Both the position numbers and the translations under genes were made by a program. DNA of 64,000 nt. Source: Octopus vulgaris. Taxonomy: Eukaryota. The stretch is taken from the NCBI GenBank assembly GCA_951406725.2, contig OX597823.1, positions 64,294,001 through 64,358,000 of the forward strand, in the 5' to 3' direction. Of this stretch, positions 25,600 through 38,461 are shown in pieces (the first letter of the stretch is position 1; each line of letters opens with the position of its first letter). Below the pieces are notes generated by a model that was given only the letters and a program-made list of their open reading frames with translations, had not been told where the DNA came from and searched no databases.

Positions 25600-25710
25600 G
25601 GCGTCGAGCTGGCAGAAACGTTAGCACGCCGGGCGAAATGCGTAGCCGTATTTCGTCTGTCGTTACGTTCCGAGTTCAAATTCCGCCGAGGTCGACTTTG
25701 CCTTTCATCC
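25600..25710 (+). mobile_element. SINE family B, 5' part, young-looking (CpG-rich), truncated
   Basis: GGCGTCGAGCTGGCAGAAACGTTAGCACGCCGGGCG...GCCTTTCATCC, then an abrupt switch into duplicated flank. Confidence 0.85.
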
Positions 25711-26121
25711 ATAGCAATGTGTTATGTAATTATAATGCATCCACGTAACAGACGGAAGGTGTTGCTTAATGTAAAACTCGTTACATTTTACACATTTCAT
25801 AGAATGTTATGCAAACTCGGAAGTATTTGCTGGAATTTCCAATCAGGCAAGGTTTTCAGTGATTAGACTTTGTGAATCTAATTAAAAATAAAAGAGCAAA
25901 CACTATATATGCAAACACAAATGTGGCTTTCGTTATGTAATGATTAACCAAATGTATGTGTGTGGAGTATAAGAGGGGCAGGCATAAGTGTATTGTGAAG
26001 AGGTTTAGTCTACAGCCATGATGTTTTCAGTTCAATCCCACTGCACGGTAACTAGGAACAGGTTTAACCCATTCCAATGCCAAAATCAGGACAAACTTTT
26101 CACATTTCAGATTTATTTATG

Positions 26122-26157
<36 letters not shown>

Positions 26158-26165
26158 ATACACAC

Positions 26166-26204
<39 letters not shown>

Positions 26205-26221
26205 ACATATATATATATATC

Positions 26222-26650
26222 TCAGGAGTTGCTGCATAATAAGAAGCTTGCTTCCCAACTACATGGTTCCATGTTCAGTCCCACTGTGTGGCACCTTGGG
26301 CAAGTGTCTGTCTACTATAGCCTTCAGGCCATGGCCAAGACCTTTGGTTTGTTGGATTTAGTAGACAGAAACTATCTAGCCAAATATATATGTATATATA
26401 TATATTTATGTATGTTTGTATGTATGTATTTGTGAGTCTGTGGTTTGTGCACCCATTACCATTTCTTGACAACTGATGTTGTGTTTACGTTTTCGTATCA
26501 TAGCGATTTGGCAAAAAAGGATCCAAAAGAATAAGTACTAGGCTTACAAAGAATAAGTCCAGGGCTTGATTTGTTTGACTCAAAAATACTGTGCTCCAGT
26601 ATGGCCGCAGTGAAATGACTGAAACATGCCATTGAAACAAGTAAAAGAAC
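26222..26650 (+). mobile_element. SINE family A
   Basis: GTTCAGTCCCACTGTGTGGCACCTTGGGCAAG body and GACTGAAAC tail. Confidence 0.85.
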
Positions 26651-26754
26651 TTTTAAAAGTATATATATATATTTATATATATTTGTTTATACACCTCTCT
26701 TTGTCTTTTATTTTTCTGTATATTTCAACCATATATATATATATACATATATTC

Positions 26755-26790
<36 letters not shown>

Positions 26791-27072
26791 CAACAATTGA
26801 GGGTAAAATTAATTAATTAATCAATTTCACCAAGTATTCAGTATACAAAGGGTCCATTTAAGGCGAATTCAAATTATTACATTATATAAAAGGGCTTAGT
26901 AAAATAAATTACTTTGCCGCATACTGAACTCATTAGAAATAGCAGCTAAAAAAAAACTTTTTAAAAACTATCTCCAATACTTAAAGAAAACCTCTCTCAT
27001 ATAGTGTTTGCTCAATTCAACTCACGAAAGTATGTGGGTAGAGACATTAAAAAATCAAATGCAAAGGTTATT

Positions 27073-27125
27073 TGAGAACGTACGTTTCAAGATTAGTCAA
27101 AATCGACACTTCTATCATCAGCTCA
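27073..27125 (-). ncRNA. Identical hammerhead copy in the opposite arm
   Basis: Exact reverse complement of 27455-27507. Confidence 0.8.
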
Positions 27126-27454
27126 GAACTCCCTGGTTTGGATTTGAAAACACTGAAAGTGGGAGCATACCCTTTCGGCCTGTTATCGTTTCTGAAGATC
27201 TGCTCAAAACTAACAGTGCTAGCAAATTCAAATATGCAAGCGAAGAATTTCTGCTCTCCCCTTTCCACCAGCGTGGGCTAAAATCAGCAAACACTATGCT
27301 TTTTTCGGTAAAATCCGAGGCATTATATAGAGAGAGATGAATTATAATTTCAACAATTGAGGGTAAAATTAATTGAGCAGATCTTCAGAAACGATAACAG
27401 GCCGAAAGGGTATGCTCCCACTTTCAGTGTTTTCAAATCCAAACCAGGGAGTTC

Positions 27455-27507
27455 TGAGCTGATGATAGAAGTGTCGATTTTGACTAATCTTGAAACGTAC
27501 GTTCTCA
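27455..27507 (+). ncRNA. Type I hammerhead ribozyme, canonical core
   Basis: TGAG-CTGATGA-T-AGA..GTC(GATTTT)GAC..TCT-T-GAAA-CGTACG-TT|CTCA, with a palindromic stem III and GUU site. Confidence 0.8.
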
Positions 27508-27681
27508 AATAACCTTTGCATTTGATTTTTTAATGTCTCTACCCACATACTTTCGTGAGTTGAATTGAGCAAACACTATATGAGAGAGGTTTTCTTTAAG
27601 TATTGGAGATAGTTTTTAAAAATTTTTTTTTTAGCTGCTATTTCTAATGAGTTCAGTATGCGGCAAAGTAATTTATCTTAC

Positions 27682-27751
<70 letters not shown>

Positions 27752-27964
27752 TATAATATGTGTGTACATGTGTGTGTGTATATATATATATGAACATGCA
27801 TGCAGACATACACACACACGTGTGCACATATGCATGTATATATATGTGTGTGTGTGTATGTATATATATATTCATATGTATATGTATGGACATTTATACA
27901 AACACAAACATATATGTTCATAAATGCAAAAGAGAAAGATAAATACTTATCTACATACATACAG

Positions 27965-27997
<33 letters not shown>

Positions 27998-28686
27998 ATA
28001 TATTGTCTCCACAATTTTCTCAGAGGGGAAAACCAGACACACATAGGCATATCCATATATTTGTGCATATATGTGTGTTTGTGTATATGTATATTTATCA
28101 TTTCTATCCAGGCACTTACATTCACACATATTCAGACAAGTATATCTGTATGTATTTACATGTATCAATATCTGTGCAAAAGTGTATTGATCTTACTTAT
28201 GTTCCCATAGACATATGCATACAGTCAAAAATTTGTGTATGCATATGTAAGTGGAAACATACTTGCACATGTATACATACATACATACACATGTTTGTAT
28301 ATGTATATATTCAGAGAGATGCATATACACATATATATATACACTCATACACATATATATACATACATACATAGATGTATATATGCACATATATGTGTAT
28401 ATATATATGAAATTTGTGTGTATATATACATATATATATATACATCTATCTGTCTGTCTGTTTCTCTCTCTCTCTCTCCATATATATATATCTATGCACA
28501 CGCACATATCTATATGTATATGTATATACATGTGAGTAAAAGTGAAAATATAATATTCTATTTAAACACGAAAATATGTTCAGTGCATTTCATGTGTATG
28601 TACATAAGCAAATATATATATATATATATATATACACAAACACAAATATGTATACATATGCGCATATACATGTGCACACGTGTGTG

Positions 28687-28721
<35 letters not shown>

Positions 28722-29068
28722 GTGTATGTGTGTATACATGTGTAGGAGTGGGCTGGTGTATAATATATACTGCTCTGAAAGTCTAGTAGTACTTTTATCT
28801 AATAGCATCTTGTTATTCAAACAGTTACCCACTTATGTGATGCACTCGAAACATTGAAACTATCAATAAAAACAGAAGCAAAAGCAAAAGGAAAAATGAA
28901 ATAAAAATAAAAATACCCAAAACAAACACAGTCAGAGTGGTTATTGTCTCAAAATATAGATTTTAAACAGGAAATAAAACTGGATGCAAATGAAAATATA
29001 ACACATATGTCAAAAATAAAGACGGAGATATGAAATTTTTTTACAACAATTTAGAATGAAGTGCTTAA

Positions 29069-29069
<1 letters not shown>

Positions 29070-29129
<60 letters not shown>

Positions 29130-29233
29130 GTAATAACAGTAATAATGATAATAAAATTTAATAATAATAATAATAATAATAATAATGGTAATAATAATAA
29201 AATTTAATAATAATAATAATAACAACAACAATG

Positions 29234-29273
<40 letters not shown>

Positions 29274-29500
29274 TAAGAGGAATATTAATAATGGTAATAA
29301 TAATATCAACAACAACAGCAATAGTAATATATGAGAAAAATGAGTTTTGGTGGAAAGGAAAAAAAATTGATTTTTGAATAATACAGCTTTAAGTATAGTC
29401 CTTTGTTATACTTGTATTCAAAGTAAAGAATATAAATAGATAAATAAAAATAAATGCTTGAATAACTACATAAATAAATGCATAAAATACGAAGAAACTC

Positions 29501-29540
<40 letters not shown>

Positions 29541-29921
29541 GATGGCAAGCTGGCAGAGTCATTAGCATGCTGGTCAAAAGTGCTTAGCAGCATTTCATTC
29601 ATCTTCACATCCTGATTTCAAATTTTACCGATCTCAACTTTACCTCTCCTTCCTTCAGGGTCGATAAAACAAGTACCAATTGAGCACTGGGGTCGATATA
29701 AACCATTTACCCCCACCTCCTCAAAATTGCTGGTCTTGTGTGAAAAGTGGAAACCATCATTATTATTATTATCATCATCATTGTCATCATCATCATCCTC
29801 TTCATTTTTATTATTATTATTATTATTAGTATTACTATCATCATCATCATCATCATAATCGTTGTTGTCATTATCATCCTCATCATTTTTATTATTATTA
29901 TTATCATCATCATCCTCATCA

Positions 29922-29955
<34 letters not shown>

Positions 29956-29996
29956 CATCATCATCATAATCGTCACCATCATCATCATCGTCATCA

Positions 29997-30045
<49 letters not shown>

Positions 30046-30149
30046 CATCATCATCATCATCATCGTCATCGTCATCATCATCATAATCGTTGTCGTCATC
30101 ATCGTCGTTGTCATCATCATCATAATCGTCATCGTCATCATCATCATCA

Positions 30150-30208
<59 letters not shown>
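29070..30208. repeat. (AAT)n/(ATT)n/(ATC)n trinucleotide tracts
   Basis: Seen directly. These tracts are the source of the poly-N/D/I/M pseudo-ORFs. Confidence 0.95.
29539..29757 (+). mobile_element. SINE family B in (ATT)n
   Basis: GGCAAGCTGGCAGAGTCATTAGC head and GGGTCGATAAAACAAGTACCA core. Confidence 0.8.
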
Positions 30209-30210
<2 letters not shown>

Positions 30211-30418
30211 GGCAGCGAGCAGGCAGATCCATTAGTGTGCCAGGCAAAATTCTTAGCAGCATTTCATCTGTCTTCATGTTCTAATTTCAAAAGTTGATTT
30301 TGCATTTCATCCTTTCGTGGCTGATAAATTAATTACTTGTGAAAAACTGCAGCCGATGTAATTGACTATACTCCACCCCACAAAATTCAGGCCTTGTGCT
30401 TTTAGTAGAAAGGATTAT
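30209..30418 (+). mobile_element. SINE family B in (ATT)n
   Basis: GGCAGCGAGCAGGCAGA head and CAGGCCTTGTGCTTTTAGTAGAAAGGATTA tail. Confidence 0.8.
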
Positions 30419-30439
30419 CATCATCATTATTATTATTAG

Positions 30440-31115
30440 CTTTTGTTCTTCAATTTTGTTTCCATTTCTTGCCAAGTGTTTTTCTGACACCAAAGGCAAA
30501 GAAAATCACTGTATACATTGATATGCCAGTAAACTAAACATACCAAGTTGTTCATTTACAAAGTCAAGGTAATCGTTATCACCACGGCAATGCTCTTCTT
30601 AATACGTGTGACATACCAGTTGAAACAACCTTTTGCTCTTCTTGCATGAATGGTAAGCCAGGAGTCATTCTCAAATAATTTTCAGTTCCTTTTTGTTTAA
30701 TCATTCCAAATGCTACAATTCTTGAGATGCCACATTTTCTTTCAGTTTTAATGAGCAAATCTTTATATTTTCTGAACTTGTCAAATTTCTTTGCCAAGAT
30801 ATTATGATCACAAGGAATGCTTATGCCGATCAATAAACAAAGTTTATTGTTTTAGTCTTTCACAACAATATCCAGTTTATAGTTCTGTCTGTATGTACTG
30901 GAAAGTCTGAAAGAATTCTTACATTTTCTCCCTTAGTTATAAACTGAGAATGGTGCTTATACTATTTGTCAGCAATTTTGATTTTATAATGCCAACCTAT
31001 TAACCAGAGTAGGTATTGGCCAACTCTGTCATGTCTTGATTTATACTCTACTGATGCTAAAATTTACATTCAGAGATTAGGTGGTCCATGGGCTCAATCT
31101 CATTATTACAGAATC
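30440..31115 (-). mobile_element. R4/Dong-like LINE 3' fragment (restriction-like endonuclease), decayed
   Basis: ORF 30579..30833 LIGISIPCDHNILAKKFDKFRKYKDL...VSTGMSHVLRRAL parallels the 32784 copy. It is flanked by (ATT)n. Confidence 0.8.
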
Positions 31116-31135
31116 AGCACTTTAGGTCTATTCCA

Positions 31136-31242
<107 letters not shown>

Positions 31243-31266
31243 TATTATTATTAATATTATTATTAT

Positions 31267-31830
31267 TGAGTGAGAGAGCAGTGCATACCATCAAAATGAC
31301 ACTAGGGTACAAATATATGAAGTCCAATATACCCATCATGACTACCCATCTGATAAGGGTACATCAGGCACATCCATCTCAACCATATGTACACAACATG
31401 GTGATCTCATAACAAGATAAACAGCACATGACCTTGCAGGTGGAGCCCAGTTAGAATTTTCTTCAGGTTGAGCAGCCCGTTCTGCTCAAAAGGTCCCTGA
31501 AGAAAGTTTCTTTAAGGGTGATGAACGAAACACCCATGTTTCCAGAGGTTAATTGTTCAAACATCAATGAATTCCTCTCAACACATTGCTATGATACTTC
31601 CCCACTGTTCCTGCTTGCAATCAGAGATGCACATATATTGTCAGCCATTAAGGGACATAGTCAGCTGGTCAAGATCAAACAACTGACAAGCAGGTCTGTG
31701 GTATTGAGCAGAATATTTGCTATAGCCCATCTTTTTTATACCATGACAAAATATGTATATGATAACACTTCCAATAAGTTAAAATGAGAAACCATGAGAA
31801 CAACTGCCTGGTACTGCTTCAGGGCGTACA
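31267..31830. mobile_element. About 560-bp non-coding interspersed repeat in (ATT)n
   Basis: Colinear second copy at 62424-62972. No ORF. Confidence 0.8.
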
Positions 31831-31884
31831 TTATTATAAGTAAAGACAAAGAGTGTGATTTGATTGTAATAGTTATTTTATCGG

Positions 31885-31927
31885 TTGAACGATATTTCAA
31901 GAGTAAGCCTATCTTTGTCGAGTTCAA
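31885..31927 (-). ncRNA. Opposite-arm copy of the variant hammerhead
   Basis: Reverse complement reads TTGAAC-TCGACAA-A-GATAG(GCTTA)CTCTT-GAAA-TA-TC|GTTCAA. Confidence 0.5.
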
Positions 31928-32186
31928 AATAAGAAGGGATAAAAATTCAAAATTATAGAAATTTAAATTTAAAGTATGAATGAGAGCAACCAGCATCCAC
32001 ACATCGATGGAATGACATCATCGGTTTTTAAGTTACAATTTTATAACAGGCAAAAAAAAAAGACAAAAAAAAACAGAAAGAAACTTAGACTGACGATGTC
32101 ATTCCATCAACATGTGGACACTGGTTGCTCTCGTTCATACTTTAAATTTAAATTTCTATAATTGTGAATATTTATCACTTCTTATT

Positions 32187-32229
32187 TTGAACTCGAGAAA
32201 GATAGGCTTACTGTCGAAATATCGTTCAA
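32187..32229 (+). ncRNA. Minimal hammerhead-like motif, U3-A8 plus U4C variant
   Basis: TTGAAC-TCGAGAA-A-GATAG(GCTTA)CTGTC-GAAA-TA-TC|GTTCAA: 6-bp stem I and AUC site. Confidence 0.6.
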
Positions 32230-32323
32230 CCAATAAAATATCTATTACAATCAAATCATGCTCTTTGTCTTGACTGTTTACCTTTGTGAAGAATTACACC
32301 AACCCTTTAAAATATTATTATTA

Positions 32324-32370
<47 letters not shown>

Positions 32371-32373
32371 GTT

Positions 32374-32406
<33 letters not shown>

Positions 32407-32407
32407 A

Positions 32408-32746
32408 CGGCAGTGAGCTGGTAGAATTGTTAGCATGCCGGGTGAAATGCTTACTAGTATATTTCATCTGCTGCTAAGTTTTCAGTTGAAATCCTGCTAT
32501 GTTTGACTTTGCCTTTCATCCTTTCATGATTGATAAATTAAGTGCCACTCAAGTACTGGGGTCAATGTAATCAACTATCACCCCTCCCCACAAATTCCAG
32601 GCCTACATAATCTATAATACTTATAGACCAGTACTTATTTTATCAACCCTGAAAGGATGAAAAGGAAAGTTGAACTCAAAGAATAAAGATGGACAAAATG
32701 CTGCTAAGCTTTTTGTCCAGCATGCTAGCAATTCTACCGGTTGCAG

Positions 32747-32748
<2 letters not shown>
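32408..32748. mobile_element. Two SINE family B copies tail-to-tail (+ 32408-32605, - 32625-32748)
   Basis: GCCTTTCATCC core appears on each strand. Confidence 0.75.
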
Positions 32749-32783
<35 letters not shown>

Positions 32784-32784
<1 letters not shown>

Positions 32785-33437
32785 GAGATGGACAAAAAAC
32801 AATAAATCATATTATCTCTGGCTGCCCAGTCCTGGCTAAGAAGGAATATATTCACAGACATGACAGAGTTGGAACCTACATACACTGGAAGCTATGCCAA
32901 CATTATGGAATAACAACAGAAAAAAGATGGTATAGGCACACACCAGAAAAGGTCACAGAAAACGAGAAAGTAACCATACTCTGGGATATGCCAATACACA
33001 CAGATAGAGAAATTAAGGCCAACAGACCAGATATAGTTGTCAGAGATCATGAAGAAAAAAATGCTTTCTAATTGATGTATCAATGTCGGCAGATGACAAC
33101 GTGTCTCTAAAAGAAATGGAGAAACTTTCAAAATACAAAGACCTGGAAATAGAGGTAACCAGAATGTGGAATCTAAAAACAGAAACAATTCCTATCATAG
33201 TAGGTGCATTAGGCATGATAAAAAAATATTCAGACAAATACATAACAAAAACACCAGGACTTACAAACACATATAACATACAGAAAATTGCACTACTAGG
33301 CACTGCACACATCCTACGCAGAACACTTTCCATACAATAACCATCAGAGCATCACAACAAATCACAGCACATACCCAAGGCACACAGAGCTGCGCTCAGT
33401 AGTGAAGTGAAAGCACGCTATAAAAATAGAACTACTG
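32784..33437 (+). mobile_element. R4/Dong-like LINE, 5'-truncated, inserted in (AAT)n
   Basis: KTINHIISGCPVLAKKEYIHRHDRV (end of CCHC knuckle plus RHD), NRPDIV..LIDVS..KLSKYKDL (PD-D RLE nuclease), IIVGALG, then a 3' UTR. One frameshift at about 33060, with (AAT)n on both sides. Confidence 0.92.
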
Positions 33438-33704
33438 AATAATAATAATAATACCAACAACAACAACAATAATAATAATAATAATAATAATCATAGTGTT
33501 TCAGCCAATCCATTATGATGATGATGATGATGATGGTCGCTTCGGTCAATTTCCATGTAAGAGTGTTTGAACAAGAGGATTGAAAAAAAATTAGGATTAA
33601 AGGATTGGAAAAACAGAGGATTAAAAAAAGAAACTTTATCTATTTGTGATGAACGCGTGTATATAATTTCGATAATAACAATAACAATAACAGTAATAAT
33701 AATG

Positions 33705-33902
33705 ACTTCAAATTTTGCCACAGGGACAAGGAGGCATCCAGTCAATTACATCATCTCCAGTGCTCAGTTGGTACTTATTTCATCCATACTGAAAGGATGA
33801 AAACCAAAGTTGACCTCGGTGGAATTTGAACTCAGTACAGTGGATTAAATACCACTAAGTATTTTGCCTAGCATTCTTACAATTCTGCTAGCTCACTGCC
33901 TT
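33705..33902 (-). mobile_element. SINE family B
   Basis: GGTACTTATTT...GAAAGGATGAAA...GGAATTTGAACTCAG...GCTAGCTCACTGCC. Confidence 0.8.
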
Positions 33903-33982
33903 AAAATAATAATAATAATAATGATTATATTAATAATTTTATAATATTTGTATGCCAGTGTATGTATAGACATAAAATGATT

Positions 33983-34024
<42 letters not shown>

Positions 34025-34054
34025 TGTATATATATATATACATATATATATATA

Positions 34055-34899
34055 CAGGGTGTGATGGTTAAATTGTTGCCATTTTATAATTTCAATTTCA
34101 TGCATGTGCATTGTTTGTTTGTGATCTTGTTGACTACACAGTATAGTAGGCTCAGTTGGGCACCGTCTGTGAGAAAAACAGCACCATGATTCAATTCATT
34201 CTGTTGGAAGCTCCAATACGAATATTTCAGAGTGTTAGGGCGGCAATCTGAGCACAGTGTAATCTGAGGACATGTACCAAGAGTGATAAAAATCAAACAT
34301 CCAGTTAACATCATGGTTTTGGAGTGATAACTAGTAATGGTGGCGTTATGCTGCGATTCATCTTCCCACATGGCCTAAGACTCAACATGGAAGCCTACAT
34401 CAAGTGCCTGCAGGCGATAGTGCTGCCCTGGGTCAAGAAGGTGGCTGCTGGAAGACCCTACGTCTCGCAACAGGACTCTGCACTATGCCATACAAGCAGG
34501 AGTACCCAGTCATGGCTGTCAGACAATTTCTGTGACCACATCACTCCTAGCATCTGACCACCTAACTCCCCAGACTGCAACCCCCTTGATTATTATGTGT
34601 GAGGTGCAGTTGAGCGAGAGAGCAACAAAACTCGTTGTAACACCGAAGATGAACTAAAGGCAAGGATTATTGCAGCATTCACCAACTTAAACAAGCAGAC
34701 CACCCAGAAGAGTTGAAGGAGATTCCAAAGTTGTCTGGAGGCCATGGTTGAAGCCAATGGCGATTTTCTTGAATAAATTTATTCTTTAGTAGTTCAGAAT
34801 ATTTTTATGTAATTTTGGTAAATATATCTGTCAAAATGAGATGTCAATGTTATTTTCATTTTTGCATAATTTAGATGACAGTTTATTCATCATACCCTG
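34055..34899 (+). mobile_element. Tc1/mariner DD37D (maT) element, internally deleted, transposase pseudogene
   Basis: TA|CAGGGTGTGATG...CATCATACCCTG|TA TIRs. Translation KHPVNIMVFGVITSNG...QQDSALCHT...I*PPNSPDCNPLDYYV*GAVE...EANGDFLE* has 37 residues between the second and third Asp. Confidence 0.93.
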
Positions 34900-35192
34900 T
34901 ATATATGTATGTGCACGCACACACACACACCTTCATTCTAGTATTTTACTGACTATTGTCTTGCTGTCATGTTAGGTCACTACCTTCAAGGGTTTAGTTT
35001 AGCATATCAACCCCTGTATATATATTTTATGTTTGACATTTATTTTCACCAATATATATTTGTCAGACTTCTATCTCATGGAGCATGAGCAACATCACTG
35101 ATTTTAAGTGGTACAAAATCTAAGCATGTTTACATTCAAACTCACTGATACACATATCTACAAACATACTCATGTACGCACATGGAAACATA

Positions 35193-35590
35193 TACTCTTT
35201 TACTTGTTTCAGTCATTTGACTGTGGCCATGCTGGAGCACTGCCTTTAGTTGAAGAAATCGACCACAAGACTTATTCTTTGTAAGCCTAGTACATATTCT
35301 ATCGGTCTCTTTTGCCGAAGCGCTAAGTTACGGGGGCGTAAACACACCAGCATCAGTTGTCAAGTGATGTTGGGGACAAACATAGACACAACCATATACA
35401 CACACATATATATACACACATATATACGACAGGCTTCTTTCAGTTTCCGTCTACCAAATCCACTCACAAGGCTTTGGTCGTCCTGAGGCTGTAGTAGAAG
35501 ACACTTGCCCTAGGTGCCACACAGTGGGACTGAACCCAGAACCATGTGGTTGGTAAGCCAGCTACTTACCACACATTCACTCCTGCACCT
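35193..35590 (-). mobile_element. SINE family A, full length
   Basis: Head and tail are present. Confidence 0.9.
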
Positions 35591-37059
35591 AGTCTGTGGA
35601 GAAATGGCTAAAAATTTGCCATTTATAATTATGCCATATGTTATATGAAAAAAGAACCATTTGGTTGTGAAGGAAGTTTCTTACCACACAGCTACACCTT
35701 ACACACACACACACACACACTTATACATATATGACATGGGTCAACCTGGAGTTTTAGTTGAAGGTACTTGCTCAAGATACTGCACAGTGGAACCGAACTG
35801 AAAACTATCTGGTTGTAAAGTGAACTAATTCACCACACAGCCATGCCTGTACCAATTATTATATAAATGTATTTTTTCTTTCAAAGATCTTGTCTTTTCT
35901 GCCTCTCATGCTGCGATATATAATCTTTCTTGTCAGGTTACTCTTATGTAAAATTTAGCTTTATTGACGCTGAAAGAAAAAGGAAACTTTCTATTGCTTC
36001 ACTGTTTGTTTTTGAGAAAAATAATTTTGGTGGTAGATCTTTTCAAATGAAATGTTGTTAAGTAATTCAAATACTTTATGAAGTGGAAATATTTTTTTTG
36101 TTTTCTGCCTCACTTTCTATTTCAACATTTACAAACTCATTTTCCTGTCAGTTCTAACAACATTTATATAGAAAATTTTTACGTGCAATTCTTTGTTTTA
36201 CAAATTGTTTAATTTAATTTTTCTGTATATCTTTTCTTTTTTTATATATTTTATTTCCCTTGTCATCTTTTTAATATTTTCTTCTTCGCTAACAGATATC
36301 AACTAAATAGGATCTGATTTTTTTGAGTTGACAAAACCTAGCTAATACAATATATTTGTGTCAGCTAAATAATTCATTATTTGATAAATATGAAGTGTAA
36401 ATAAAATTATAGGTAAACTGAGATTTCTTCAAGTTTTTAATTTTATTTTCAAGTGTAAAGAACAATAGCACAAATCAGCCTTTTCAAAGAAAATGTCTAA
36501 TTTTCAAATCAGATGTTTGATAAAATAGCTATGTTATACATACAGAAAAACAAAAGAAAACGTAGAAAATATAAACGAAAAATGTCAAAATTAATCGGGA
36601 GGCAAGAAATGACATTTTGATTGTTACTTCACAGTTCTTACAATGTTTGCTTAACAATATTTTTGGGTTGATCTGATTTAGTTTCGTTTCGTTTGATGGT
36701 TTCTTCTTTTATCTTGCACATGTTCCTGTCATTGGACTGTGGCCATACTGTGGCACAAACTAATCAACCCCATTACTGAGTTTTATGTCATGGTGTGGTG
36801 GGGGGTGGGGGGGCATTATGCCAATAATAATAAACACACACACTGGTTCAATATCACTTCTTAATTGTTTGTCAGTTGGTTTGATCATGTATAATGCTGA
36901 CTAAATGTGCTATCTGAAAAATTTCAAATGTTTCCCGTCATGCCAGATCATGTGACAAGTTTTCCCGTACCCTGACAGCCTCACTTTCCTCCTGTTCCCT
37001 ACCTTCATCTGTCATAGGAGTGACCACACTTGCTCTCTTTAATATGAAGTTTTCATATC

Positions 37060-37522
37060 AGTTCAAATTCTGCTGTGACATACCTTGTCTTTCATTCTTT
37101 CAGCATTGATGCAATAAATACCAGTTGAGTACTGGGGCCTATGCAACCGATTAGCAATCTCCCCCAAAATTTCAGATCTTGTGCCTATAGTAAATAGGTT
37201 TATGAAGTTTTGTGTTTTAGTATTTGTGTGGTCACTACAGATTTGAGCGAGCACTTTAGGCAATCACCAGTTTGCATAACACATCACCCCTCCTGTCCTG
37301 ATTAATCTCAGATCCTTCTTTTTATATTGGTTCCAAATTTCATCACAAGGCCAGCAGTTTTAGGGAAGGAGCTAAGTTGAATACACTTACTACAGTGCTC
37401 AACTGGTACTTATTGTATCAACCCTGAAACAATGAAAGGCAAAGTTAAACCTCAAAATGTAAAGTCAGATGAAATACCTCTAAGCATTTTCCCCGACTTT
37501 CTAATTGTTCTACCAGTTAGCT
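37060..37522. mobile_element. Two degenerate SINE family B copies (+ 37060-37200, - 37328-37522)
   Basis: GTTCAAATTCTGC...TACCAGTTGAGTACTGGGG, and its reverse complement. Confidence 0.7.
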
Positions 37523-37844
37523 GTATCACTTGTTTCTTTTTTTTTTATATATATAATAATTGTGGGACTACATAATCAAATCAGATTAGTCATTTATGAT
37601 TGTTCAGTATACATTTAATTAGGTTTAATTAAAATGTTGGCAGAAGTTTATTGTCGAAATCAAGGTAGGTTGAAATTTATAGCACATTATTGCATCAATA
37701 CACATACATAAACATACACACACTGATACTCACACACACACACGAACACACACATGAACACACACATACACACACACACACTCAGGTATGTATGTATGTA
37801 TATAGGTATGTATATATATATGTATATATATATGTTTGTATATA

Positions 37845-37896
<52 letters not shown>

Positions 37897-38025
37897 AATA
37901 CACACATCTCTGTACACACACAAACACAACACACACATACACATGTATGTATGTATGTATATATATATATACACACATATATATTTATATGTATATGTAT
38001 ATATATCTATATCTATCTATCTATC

Positions 38026-38087
<62 letters not shown>

Positions 38088-38461
38088 ATTATCTTATTTA
38101 GGGTTAAAAGTTCTATTGCCACCACCATCACCACTAGCAACAATAATTAAGGTGCTGACAATGATGATGATGACAATTGAAATATAAAAATCCCTGACAA
38201 AGGCTATTTACAACATTTCTAAAGATAGCCCAACAATTGCTGCCTCAGCCAGGGTTAATATACAGGACTCTTGACATGTTCAACAAAGCATGACACCTAA
38301 ACCAATCAGCTTAAGTAATTGAGTGATGCTACACACTGATTGGTCAGAATACAGTTTGCAAAACCTAGCAATCTGGAGCCTACACAGGTGTATTTAAGGC
38401 ACAGATTTAACCATCTCGCTACAGTTAAAAATTGTGAAGCATGACTGTCACCACTACTACA

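Larger units (their letters stand above)
26787..27684. mobile_element. Hammerhead-bearing element: terminally redundant monomer plus near-perfect 312-bp inverted arm, in (TA)n
   Basis: Arms 26896-27207 and 27373-27684 are almost identical in reverse (ORFs 27008..27340+ and 27369..27572- share 66 aa). TTTCAACAATTGAGGGTAAAATTAATT is directly repeated at about 26788 and 27348. Confidence 0.85.
31843..32271. mobile_element. Foldback element (about 190-bp arms) carrying variant hammerheads
   Basis: Arms 31843-32034 and 32082-32271 are inverted, with an A-rich spacer. Confidence 0.85.

Noticed and set aside
27008-27572. Identical 66-aa ORFs on opposite strands
   Set aside because: This is a consequence of the inverted repeat. 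The peptide has no recognisable domain.
35937-36060. Candidate upstream CFAP65 exon (GYSYVKFSFID...RSFQ)
   Set aside because: The similarity is only superficial, there is no GT donor after FQ, and the frame runs into a stop.
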